Source: Cyanophora paradoxa CCMP329 (taxonomy: Eukaryota; Plantae; Glaucophyta). From it: 64,000 nt of DNA. Made by a program: the position numbers and the translations under genes. The stretch is taken from assembly GCA_004431415.1 (NCBI GenBank), contig QPMI01000150.1, positions 124,001 through 188,000 of the forward strand. The letters are read 5' to 3'. Of this stretch, positions 34,687 through 46,014 are shown piece by piece. The notes beneath the pieces are model-generated. The model worked only from the letters and a program-made list of their open reading frames with translations. It ran no database searches and was not told the origin of the DNA. Numbering within the stretch: the first letter of the stretch is position 1; every line of letters starts with the position of its first letter.

Positions 34687-37600
34687 ATGCCGCCAGGCCC
34701 GACGCAGGCGACCCCTGACCCTGGCGGAGGTGCGTAGTGGCCCTGTATAGCTCGCGTGAGGCATAGGACGCTCCACGCGCGCGATATCTTGAAAAGCAGC
34801 TGCCCGCCGGATCCGCGGCCTCAGGGGCCCGAACATGGCTCCTTAAGCGCGTATCTAGCAACGACAAGGCAATCCACTTCTAGAATCTCAAGCTAAGCGC
34901 CCGCGCGCAGGCCGCGATAGTGTCCAGCACGGCTGGGGCGTCAACGACGCCATCCTGGACGCCATCGATGCTGCGGCGAGGGATACGGGTCAAGCAACGG
35001 CGTGGGCCCGCGCCCCGAAGCCGCCCCGGCGCGTCCTCCCGCAGTTCCAGCGGCAGCGCAGCGGGCGGGGCGAGCGCGCGGCTCAGCAGCCCGTCCCGCC
35101 CCTGCCGCTCGGGCAGCTGGAGGAGTCGCTGCCTCCCGTCGTCGGAGCGGCCGCTGCGGGTCAGCAGCGCGAGCGGAACCCGTCGCCGCCGGCCGCCGGC
35201 TCGGGCCGCGCGGCGACGTCCGCCTCGCCGCGGCCGCTGGGGCGCCGCGGCTCCGGCGTCCCGTCGACGGTGCCGGAGCTGGAGGAGCCTGGCCCCGCTG
35301 CCACCGCCGCCCCACCGCCGGCAGCCGCCCGCCCGCCGGCCGCCTCGGGCAGCCACTCCCCCCGCACCCGCCCCGCACCCGCCCCGCGTCGCCACCGCCC
35401 CGGGCCCCCCGGGTACGGCTCCTACCGCGAGTTCACCCCCGGCTACGGCTCCCGCCTGCACAGCCGGGGCGCCGACTCCGCGCCGCAGTCGGCCCGGGCC
35501 TGGACGGCCGGCGCCCCGCCGGCCGCCGCCTCGCGCGCCGTGGACCCGCCCGCGCTCTGGGGCTTCGAGGCGGCCCCCGCGCGCCCCGCGGCCTCCTCGG
35601 CGCGCTACGAGCGGGTCGTGTACGTGACGGTGCCCTCGGCGGCGGCGGTGCCCCCCGGGACGGCCCCCTCCGACGTCGTCGAGCTGGGCGCCCCGCCCCG
35701 CGAGGCCGCCGGGAGCGACGCCATCTTCATGTCCACCCTCCTCGGCCCCGCCAACCCCTCCCAACTCCCCCACGCCGCCCCCGCCCCCGACGTCGGGCCC
35801 TCCCGCGTACCCCCCCAGTTCCACGTCTACGAGGCCAGCCCCCTCCCCATCACCGGCCGCGGCATGCGCGAGGTCCAGTACCCCCTCCCGCTCCTTCTCC
35901 CCCCACCCACGCTTTCGGCGCAGTCGAAGAGCTTCGGGGACTCGCGCGTCTACGAGCGGCTCGTCTTCCCCACCGCCCGCCCCACCGGCCGCGAGGAGGT
36001 CCGCCTCGTTCTCGTACCCCCACAAACCCGAACCGTCCGGACTCGAACCCGCGCAGGTCCTGCACCTCGCGAACGCGCTGCAGCGCATGCTGCTGGCCGT
36101 CGCCGCCTCCAGCCCCCGCCGCCGGCGCGCCCTCCCCGGCCGCCCGCCGGCTCCCGTACCCCCTCTCACGCCCCTTCCGCAGCCCGCCCGACGCGGAGGG
36201 CGACGAGGAGCCCGTGTGGTGCGCCCGGCCCCGCTGCCCTCCAACCCCCCCCCCCCCCCAACCCCCCCCCCCCCCACCCCCCACCCCCTTTCCTCGCTTA
36301 CCCTCTCCCCCTCTCTGCCAGGGCGCGGTACCCCGACCCGGAGGAGCTCTTCGGGCCCGAGCTGCGCTGCTGGGACGTCGCCTTCCACGAGCTCGTCCGC
36401 CAGGCCCGTACCCCCCTCCCGCCCGTGACGCGTACCCCCCTTTCCTTCCCTTACCCCCTCTCAGGTCCGGTGCCACTGCTGGGAGCGCGGGGAGCTGCTC
36501 GAGCGCATCCGTTCGAGGCAGTCGCCCACCCCCGCGCGCCTGGAAACCGCGTACCCCCTCACCAATTTCCGGGCAGGCACGGGGCGATCTTCCGAGAGGC
36601 GTTCGAGGCGGCGCGGGCGGCCCGCCGGGAGCTCGAGGCGGAGGAGGCCGCCCTTCAGGTCCGCGTACCCCGGCTGCTTCGCTTCCGTACCCCGGCGACC
36701 GGGGCGCCGGGGCGGCGTGCAGGCGGCGACGGGGCGGCTGGCGGCCGCCTCGGCGCTGAACGCGGGCGCGGTGAGCGGCCGGGGCCCCGGCTCGACTCTC
36801 CGCAGGTCCTTCCTTCGCCCCTCCCCGCCCTGCCTTCCAGCGAGTGTGAACCGCGTACCCCAGGGCGCTCGCGGAAATGGAGGAGTCCAACGCGCGCGCC
36901 TCCTCGGAGCTCGATTCCATCCGACAGGCGCGTACCCCCTCGCCCCTTGTTCGACGTACCCCCCGAGCCCTTTCCTCCCCATCAGGAGCGGAGCACCCTC
37001 GCCGCCCGCCTCGCCCGCGCCGAGCAGGAAAACATGTGATTCCCTCCTACCCCCGGGGGCCTCTCCCTCCCCTTCAATCCCGTACCCCCTAATCCCGTAC
37101 CCCCTCCCCAGGGCGATGGCGCGGAACCTGAGCCTCGCCCGCCGCAAGCGCATCCCCGAGGACCAGGTCCGACCCGGTACCCCCCGCCGGCCTCCCCACT
37201 CCTGAACGCCGTACCCCCCGCAGCTCCGGGCGGAGCTGGAGGAGGCGATCCGCCAGCGGCTGCTCCTCGAGGCCACCGGCTCCGCCCGCTGGGACCCCGA
37301 GGCATATCCACACCCCCCCCCCCCCCCCTCTTAGCGTAACCTGCCTGCACCCCCCTCTGAGCACTCGCCCCGCCAGGTGGTGGGGAGGAAGGCGGAGGAG
37401 GAATCGCTCTTCCGCCTCTACAAGGACGCCTACGACAAGATGGAGGTGCCGACCCCCCTCCATCTCTTCATCCGGTACCCCCGCGATCCTCCCCCCCCCC
37501 CCGCAGGAGATGCGGAAGGCGCAGGGGGCGCTGCTGGAGGACGAGGACTCGCGCCGCGAGGCCGCCATCCGCTTCCTCCTCGCGCGCCCCCTCTACCCCC

Positions 37601-40600
37601 CCATCTCACTTTCTCTTTCTGAGTACCCCCCCCCGCAGACGTGGCAGAACGCGCGGCAGTTCCGGCCGCAGCTCTCCGCGTACTGGGCCGTGCGCATCGG
37701 CCTGTTCCACGCACCCTGCGCCCCCCTGAGCGGGGGTACAGCTCTTCTTCTGGACGGGCCTCTGCCGCCGCCGCGCCATCCTCGTGTCCCTCCTCTTCGT
37801 TCGCTCCTCCTGTACCCCCTCTCCTCCTCCGGCGCTCCTCAGTCCCCCGCAGGAGCAGCGGGAGGCGCGGAGGCCGCAGCCCCACGTCCGCTTCGTGGTC
37901 CGCGGATCGAATCCGAGCAGGTTTTGTTTCGTCCGCGGCCGACTGGATCTCCGCAGATGACGCAGACGGACGCGCCGTACCCCCCTCCCTCAGAGGCCCT
38001 GCCGGCGGCCCCGACACCGGCGACGTGCCTACCCCCCGCGCCCCTCCACGCGCCCCAGCGCCCCTGAGAGGGGTACCCGCGCGCAGGCCGCTGCCGGAGG
38101 GCGAGCGGGTCTCGCAGCTCGTCCAGACGGACCCCGTCCTCATCAAGAGTGCGCCTCCCGCCGTCTTGGGGGCCGTCTCTTTGCCTCCGCGCGTCCGTTT
38201 TCTGAGCCGCGCCCGCCCGCAGCGCACGTGACGCGGGAGGCGCGGGGGGTACAGTGCCACCTGAACCCCGACGGCACCGAGGTCCTCCCCGTGAGCATCG
38301 TACCCCCCTATCTTCGCGCGCCTTGCCAGCCCAAACGCTCCGCCCAGGGTCAGCCGTCCGCGGAAGAGGCGGCGGCGGCGGCGGCAGCGACGGCCGCAGC
38401 TGCAGCGGCGGCGGAGGCGGAGGCGGAGGCGCAGCAGCCGCCGAAGGCGCCGACGCCCCCGCCGGAGCCCGAGGAAGCAGAGGAGGCGGCCCCGAAGAAG
38501 GGCCTCATCAAGAAGGCGCGCCCCAAAGTATCCGCAGCTGTGCTCTCTCTTCTTAAGGCTTCTCCCTCCTCCCAGATGGCGAACCGCAAGGTGGCGGCGC
38601 CGCCCCCGAAGCCCAAGCCGCAGCCGGCCCCGGCGGCCCCCGCCCCGCCCCCCCAGGTCCGGATCCGCCCCCGCCTTGCATCCCCGTTCCGCCGGGCCTA
38701 AGCGCGCCGGGGCCAGGCGGCCGGGGCGACCCCCGACATGCCCCTGAAGCCGTCCGAGCGCATCAACTACAACCACGCCATGGTACCTGTGTACCCCTTG
38801 CTCCGCCGTTCCTTCCCCCTCCCCTGACTCGACCCCCTGCGCCCCAGGCGGAGCTGGAGAGGCTGCGGGGGGAAAACGCGGGGCTGAGGGAGGCGGCCGC
38901 CGCCGCCGCCCGCCGCGCCCTAGACGCAGCCCTCGGCGAGGCGCGGCCCTGCGCCCCGCGTGCCCCCTCTTATACTATTCTAAGGCGGAGGGCGCAGGTG
39001 GCGGCGGCGGCGCGGGCGGCGCTGGGGCTCGAGGGCTCCGAGGCCCGAAGCCCTCCTCCTCCCTCCTGCCCGCCGCGTCCCTCACGCCGGCGCAGGGCGG
39101 GGAGGGCCGGGGCGACGAGGACAGCCCCGCGGCGCGCCTCCGCAAGGGCACCGGGACCGTGCGCGCGCGTCGCGGGCGCCGCGCGGGCTTGGATCGGGCC
39201 CCGACGCGCGGCAGGGCGGCGGGGCGCGGCGGAGGGCGAGCGGGGACGCTTCAGGGAGCGCGGATCCGAGCCCGGGGCCGGGGTCCGGCCCGCCCAGCCC
39301 GGGGCCGCCCCTGCCCCGCGAGAAGGCAGCGCCCCGTACCCCCGCCCCCTGCCCCCGCGCCGCCTCGACCCGCCCCCGCAGTCGCCGGCGCGGTCCCCGC
39401 GGGACGGGAAGCAGAAGGAGGAGAAGGCGGGGGCCGGTGGGAGCGCCTCGCCGGGGCGGAGGAGCCCGCGGGTGGAGGACGAGGAGGGGGAGGGGGAGGA
39501 GGACGGGGAGGTTCCCGAGCAACCCGAGCCGGCGGACTGGTGCGTCGGCTTTCTTCGCCCCGGCTCGAGGGCCGAGGGCCCGGGACGGTTCATGAATGCA
39601 CGGCAGGTACGGGGCGCTGGAGGAGTCGCTGGGGGCCATCGCGGGGGGGCTGAGGCCGCCGCCCCGCCGCGGCCGCCGCCGCCCGCGCCGTCGCCCAGGC
39701 AGGCGCCCCGCCCAGGCGCCCCCCTCCGCCCCCTCACTCCTCGCAGACGGGCGCGGCGATCGCGGAGCTCGGGCGCCGCATGCGGGCGATGCAGGCGCGC
39801 CCCGCCGGCCCACGCTGCGCCCGCCCCCGCCCGCCTCTGACGGGCGGCGCAGGCGGGGGCGCGGGAGCTCATCGAGGAGAACGAGGAGCTGCGGAAGGCG
39901 CGCCCCGCCCGGCGGGGCGCCCCCCGCCCCGCCCCGCCCCGCGCCGAGCCTCCTTTCCTCGCAGGCGGTGGAGGCGATGCAGGCGGAGCTGAAGGACAAG
40001 CCCCGCATGCGCAAGCTCGCCGAGGTCCCGCCGGCCCCCGCGGGCCAGCCCCCCCGCCTGACGCCCCCGCAGATGGCGATGCGCCAGCGCAGGCCCCTCT
40101 CCATCGACAACTTCGCCAGCCTCGGTACCCCACGCGCCCTTCTCCTGGAGCGGGGGGCGTGACGCGTACCCCCCGCAGCCTCCGGGGACCCCTACCGCGA
40201 CCCGTCGTCGGACTTCAAGCGCAACGCGGGCGGCAAGGCGTGCCCGGCCGGCCGTACCCGGGGCCGCCTTCTTCCCCCCCCCCCCTCTCACCTTTGGGCG
40301 CAGGCGTGGAAGCCGGGGGGCGGGGCGGTGGCGTGGAAGAAGGACAAGAAGGGGGCGCCCGCGGAGGGGGAGGAGGAGAGCGAGGAGGAGGAGGAGGAGG
40401 AGGCGGCGCCGGGGCGCCCCGCGGGGGGCGAGGACGCGTCCGCTGCGGCGAAGACGAGGTGGGCCCGCGCCGCCCGCCCCAAGACCGCCGGCGGCGGGCC
40501 CAAGTGGCCCGGCGCCGCCTCCGTGCGCCCCGCCCCGCCCCCCCCCCCGCCAACGGACGAGAAGAATCGACGTACCCCCCTCCAGGTTCTGGGCCCGGCG

Positions 40601-42842
40601 CCCGTGTGGTATCTCGAAGGCATCGACCCCAACGTCGACCCCCCCGCCAACGGCGCGCCCCCCGCGGCCCCCGTACCCCTCCACTCACCTTACTCGACGC
40701 GCGCGAGGCACAGAGCTCGGACTGCGGTTCCGGCAGGGCAACAGCTGGCGCGCCGGGGGCCCGCCCGTCCCGCGCTGTACCCCGCCTGACCGCCCACCAG
40801 GCTCGCCATGGTCTCCGGGTACCCCCAGGACGAGGAGCGCAAGCCGCTGCCCCCCTCTGCTCTCCTCCGCGTCGTCCGGTATCCCCCCCGCCCTCAGCTT
40901 TCCCGTACCCCCCACCTCACCTGAGGTCCGCCGTCAGGGACTTCCTCCGCTCCCGTGACCTCGCCGACGCGGCCACGGCGGCCCGGTACCCCCTCCCAGC
41001 CCCCGCGTCCCTCCCGCGCCCCACGCCGGGCCCAACCGAGCCGGGGCGTAGGGACCCGTTCCACCCATTGCTGTACCTCCCCCTGCGGGAGGGCCGCCCC
41101 GACTGGTCCCTCAACCCCGTACCCCGCGTCCGCGACCTCCTCGCCCTCTTCTACATGGTGCCGTACCCCCGCGAGATCTCTCCCCCCCGTTCTTTCCTCA
41201 TCGTACCCCGCAGGACAAGTACGGCTCAAGGCACCTCTGCGCCGTGCACGGGTACCGCCTCGTCGCCAGCATGGCGCGCGCCCCGTCCTCGAAAGAACCT
41301 TTAATTCCCCTCGGCTAAAGTGGCCCCGCAGGGGCTCGAGCGCGCGGCCTCGCCGTGGGTCGAGGCCCTCGCGCGGGTCCTCGAGGGGGGTTACTCCTTC
41401 GACGTCTTCCGCTGCATGTACGCCGGTGCGGCCCGCCGCCCAGATTCCCTCCGGCCCTCCCCTCTGCCCTCCTCCCGTCCCCCGCCAACGAGGCGGCAGG
41501 GCTGGTTGCGATGGGCCGCGGGGCGGGTGCGGCCGGCGTGGGGACGGCGCTGGCCTCGGACGGGCAGTTCGCCAGGCCCTGGCTCGACCCGTGCGCCCCG
41601 TCAGAAGCGATCGCTCGTTTGGGAAGGCTCTGAGTGCCGGGCAGGGAGCTGGCGAGGGCGGTGGCGGGGGCGGCGCTGCAGGGGCACGCCCCCGGCATCG
41701 TTGACTGGGCCCTCGCCCGCGCCGTACCCCCCCCCCCCCCCCGCCTCCTCGCCCGCCTCGCGAGCCGTACCCCCCCCCCCCCCAGGCCGACCTCTACCGG
41801 GAGGCCTGCGAGGCCGCCGAGCGCCCCGCCGACCCCGCCTCCCCGGTACCCCCCTCTGGCCCCCTCCTTTCTCGTTCCCTGAGGCCGGCGCAGCCGCGGT
41901 CGGCGCTGAGCCTGCCGGCGCCGCCCTTGGCCGCCTCCCTCGCCCCGCGGAGCTTCGCCGGGATGACCTCGAACTCGCCCCGGCCCCCGGTGCGCCCCCG
42001 CCCCCCGTTCCCCGCCCGCCCGTCCCGCCCGCCCCGTCCCTTACAGCCCCGCGCCGCGCGCAGGCCGACGCGGCCGGGAACCCCGTCGCCGCCCCGCTCC
42101 TCCTCCTCGCCATCTGCGAGGCCTACGTGCGCCCCTCGCGCGCCTCGAGACCCCCTACCCCTTCTCACGGGCCCCGTACCCCAGGCCGCGGTCGAGCACG
42201 CGTTTGTCCGGTGGGTCGTCCACATCTTCGACGAGGTACCCCGCAACTTTACCCCTGACGCGCAATCCCGCACCCCGCCCGGCCCCAACGCGTGCCCGGC
42301 AGGCCTGCGGGGGCCGCCCGACGGTCTCCCGCAACGCGCTTGAGCGGCTCTTCCGCGGCAGCCTCAGCCGCTCGCGTGCGCCCCCCCGCGCTCCCGCGCC
42401 CCTGCCCCCGCGCCTCGCGCCGACGCGGCGGCAGCGGTGGCGGAGGCGGAGGGCGGCTGGACGCCCCTCGTCGCCGAGCTCTGGGCTGCCGCCGCCGCCG
42501 ACGGCACCGTCCGCGCTTCCCCTCCTCGCCCCGCCCCGCCCCGCCCCGCGCCGAAGCCGCCGCGCAGGCGCCGGCGGCGGAGTCGCTGGGGCTGGCGGCC
42601 TTTGGGCGGGCGGCGGCGCGCTCGCCGCTCATGCGCGCCGTCTTCCGCGCCGCCTGCGCCGCCGTCGAGGCCGGCCCCGCCCTCCCCCGCCCGCCCCCGC
42701 CCGCCTTCCTCGCTGACGCCGCTCGCCGGCGCAGGCGGCGGAGGCGGCGGCGGCGGCGGCGTGCGTCTCGCCGCTGGACGCGTGGCGCGCCGTGCTGCGC
42801 GTCCGCGGCGGCGGCCGCGCCCCCGAGGCCGACCCGCCCTGA
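34687..42842 (+). CDS. Large axonemal dynein light chain domain protein (AXDND1-like); many exons, start uncertain, could be two genes
   Basis: LVFPTARPTGREE|VLHLANALQRML and ELRCWDVAFHELVRQ|VRCHCWERGELLERI match the recalled Ax_dynein_light/AXDND1 motifs (LVFPS.KP..R.EV..L...M..ML; FHELIRQV...C.DRGELL). Coiled-coil and acidic exons follow; stop TGA 42840-42842. Confidence 0.7.
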
Positions 42843-43676
42843 GGGCCCTCCCGGCCTACTAGCCTGTCGATATCCCACTCCCTCCCGGCCCTCATCCTCC
42901 CCTGCCTCCCCGAATCCGGTATTATCTCGCTCCTCTCCTGAAGATCGACTCTCGTGTTTCTCTTTTGTTTGCGTCGTGTCTTCCCAACGCGCTACCGCAA
43001 TCTCCCGAATGCAGCTTGATCCATGAGCGCAAGAGCTATCTCTAGAGCTATCTCTAGCTCGAGCTCGCACTACCTTCCCGCAAGCGGCCCGGGTACCATG
43101 GTAGTTGAAATCCCCCCGGCCCGCACGGCGCCACTGCGGCACGCAAATACCGTGACCCATGTCCGAAAGACGGCGAGCTCCCTGAGTCCTTCTGCGCTAG
43201 CTGCGCTAATCCGGCTATAGCTAGCTATAGCCGCGCTTGCTATGTAAAGCTGGTGCGCAACACTAGCGGTTATAGATAGCTGCTTGGGCGCTAGCGCTGG
43301 AACCGATAGCTTAAGCTTCGGGCGTGAGAAGTCATCGCGATCGCCGGCTAGCGCTAGCCGGCCCGGCGCCGCGATCAAATTCTGGAAGTCGAAAAAAAAG
43401 TCATCATGATCAGTCATGATCACCTGATTTTTTTTGCAAAAGTGGACGTCGCATTGATACACCACGGCACATGTATCAACAGTCATGATCACCTGAGGCG
43501 ATTGCGGCCACCTGACGCTTGGGCAGTCACCTGACGCGCGGGCAGCTGCAGGGGTTAGTCCCCCGCCCGCGAAGGAAGTTCAACTGTTAACTTAGTAAAG
43601 CACTTCGGCAAAACACACTCGATCAGAGCCTTCGAGCGCAGCGCTAGCATTGCGCACACAGCATTGCAGCAGCAGC

Positions 43677-44899
43677 ATGATGGCCACAGGGAAGGGAAAG
43701 GCTGCTCCGGCAGGTGCACTCGCCTGCGCGCGCACCAGACGCGCGCCATGTGAATGCTCACGAGCGCGCGCGCATCAGGTGTGCCGATATCGATTGAAAA
43801 CGAGGCGGACAGCAGCGACGTTGAAGGTCGCAATGAAGGCGGGCCGGCGTCGACCTCACCTTCCGGCCCGCAGCTGGCTCAGTCGTCGAGCTCGAAGAAC
43901 CCATGGCCAGCTGCAGGCCCGGCCGGGACGCAGGCCATGGCGCCCGCCCCTGGCGCCGTATTTGTCGGCCATGGCCAGCAGACGTGCAACCCGCGGCCGT
44001 TGAAGCGCACCTTTCAGCTGGCCATGGCCCAGGATCCGGATCCGGATCCGGAGGCCCAGCCGCAGCCGCAGCCGCAGCCGCAGGAGTTCGGGGCGGCCAA
44101 GCGCCGACGGGGCCGGCCGACGAAAGGCGATTCCAGCGTTCCGAAAGACCGCATCCGGATGCTCATCTACAAGCACCTGCCCTTCATGAACGGCCTCGCT
44201 CGCGAGGACGGGTTGTTGGAGAGTTCCGCGAACCTCAGCGACGAGCAGAGGTGCATGCTCGTGGCTGCGTACCAAGGCTTCATCAAGAGCGCCTTCACGC
44301 AAGACTTGGCCAAGTCGACAGCCAAACACTGGGCGGATCTGTACCTGCACGATGCGGGATTCGCCAAGTGGGGCGAGGCCCTCCCTCTTCCCCCCGTCAT
44401 CGTGACCGCAAACAAGGCAATCGGGGCGCTGCGGCTGAGCATTCGCGAGATGAAGCCCAGCGAGGCTGCCTCCAACCGCATTCAGCTGCTGCAGCAGTTC
44501 GACTGCCACCCCCAGGCAGACCAGCGGGCCCAGGCCAAAAGACAAGCCTGGAAGATTAAGGGCGGCGTCTCGTATGCCACCCCGACGCACATCGTCATCC
44601 GCAAAGTCGAGCCCAGCTCCGACGAGATCGAGGTCCGAAGGGCCCTGCGGCCTCTCTCGATCGCCAATGGCACGTGCACGTGGGCCGTCGAGACCCCCTG
44701 CCCGGTCACGCCCGGCGACAAGTACGAGCTCGTGTTTGCCGTAAAGGACTCGGAGTCGGCCTGCTCGAGCTCCCAAAAGGGCGCTGAGGGGCGGCCCCAG
44801 GCTAGCAGGCACAGCCTGCAGCTGATCTGCAGCCCCTACTCCCTCAAGATCTCGATCGGGGGGACCGCTGAGGCGCCCGTCGTCCACCCCGCCTTCTAG
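43677..44899 (+). CDS. AT-hook-containing protein of unknown function (one 65-nt intron plus a 1.1-kb exon)
   Basis: MMATGKGKAAPA|GVPISIENE via intron 43714-43778 (GTGCAC...CTCAC...CAG); AT-hook KRRRGRPTK; DP/QP repeats; globular-looking C-terminal ~250 aa. Confidence 0.75.
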
Positions 44900-45020
44900 T
44901 TTACAGCTAGCGCTGTGCACATATAGAAGAAACTTCAACGAATTTAACGCAGTTGAATTCGCATGGCTTGCGATTGCGCATGCGGGGGTTCGGGCCGGGG
45001 CAGGCCAAGGAGAGCGGACA

Positions 45021-45658
45021 GGATGGAGAGCTAGCGACGGGGCGCGCGGGAAGGGGCCCCCCGGGGGGAGGGGGGAAGGGAGGGGGAGGGGAGGGGGGGG
45101 GGCGGGGAGGGCCGGGGAGGGGGTTGGTGGAGGAGGGAGAGCCAGAGGGCTATGGTGGCATGGGGCGCGTCAGAACGGGCGCCACGCGCGCGGATTCGAG
45201 ATCTAGAAGTGTAGATGCTACCCTGATCATGATTATGAGGGCCCTCCCAGCTGCAGCCTGGGAACGATTTGCATTATAATTACGCGGCGCTCTTTCATCA
45301 CCTTCGTGATCCCGCACTAATTCTACCTGGTCCCACTCCGCGTAGGCCTTAGGCTTGCAGCGGGAGGCCCACGTCCGACGGTCGTGTGAGCCTGCTCGCC
45401 ATATCGGTGAGGCCCGGCGGCCCGCAGGCCCAGCCTGGCAGCTGCAGCCTGCTAGCCGCCGCGGCGCTGAACCTGCCAGAGGCTGACCAGCCCCCTATTC
45501 AAAGCTAGCCCACGCTCCCCCAGCCCTCAGGGCCTCGCGGTCGCCTTCTCCTGCCGCAGCACTGCGGCACTAGTGCGCCCCATCCCCCGACCCCCCCCCG
45601 ACCCCCCCCCCCCCCCCCGCCCCCCCCCCTTCCCACTGGGCCAGAGCTCGTCCATTCC
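45021..45658. mobile_element. Possible degenerate foldback/MITE-like element (G-rich left arm, C-rich right arm)
   Basis: Left arm GGATGGAGAGCT...GGGAAGGGG(G-run)...ATGGGGCGC mirrors the reverse complement of the right arm, GGAATGGACGAGCT...GGGAAGGGG(G-run)...ATGGGGCGC. No TSD identified. Confidence 0.3.
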
Positions 45659-46014
45659 CTCGACCTCGAGCTCGAGCGCCTCGCTCATGATCTCATGATC
45701 ATCAATTCCCTGGACGTCGCCTCAAACTCCTCCCTCCGAGGCTCTCTTCTACGTCCGGCCGATCCGCGCCGCTGGAAACAGCGTTTGTTTTTGCGCCGCT
45801 GGAAACAGCGGCGCGTACGCGTACACGTGGGAAGGGGGGACATACGATCTGTTTTTCTTTTATCTCCTCGAGCTCCCTCTAGATCTCGTGCTTCTCTTTC
45901 TTTTGGAGCGAAAATTAAGAGAAAATTAAAAGTTTCCGAGAAAGGAGGGAATTTAAAGCTTCGACATTCTAGCTATAGATCTCCCATCGATCTATCCTCA
46001 TCGGCGACACGCGA

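Noticed and set aside
37711-37741. 31-nt GC-AG mini-intron
   Set aside because: An upstream GTGCGC donor at 37690 gives a typical 52-nt intron in the same frame and is more parsimonious.
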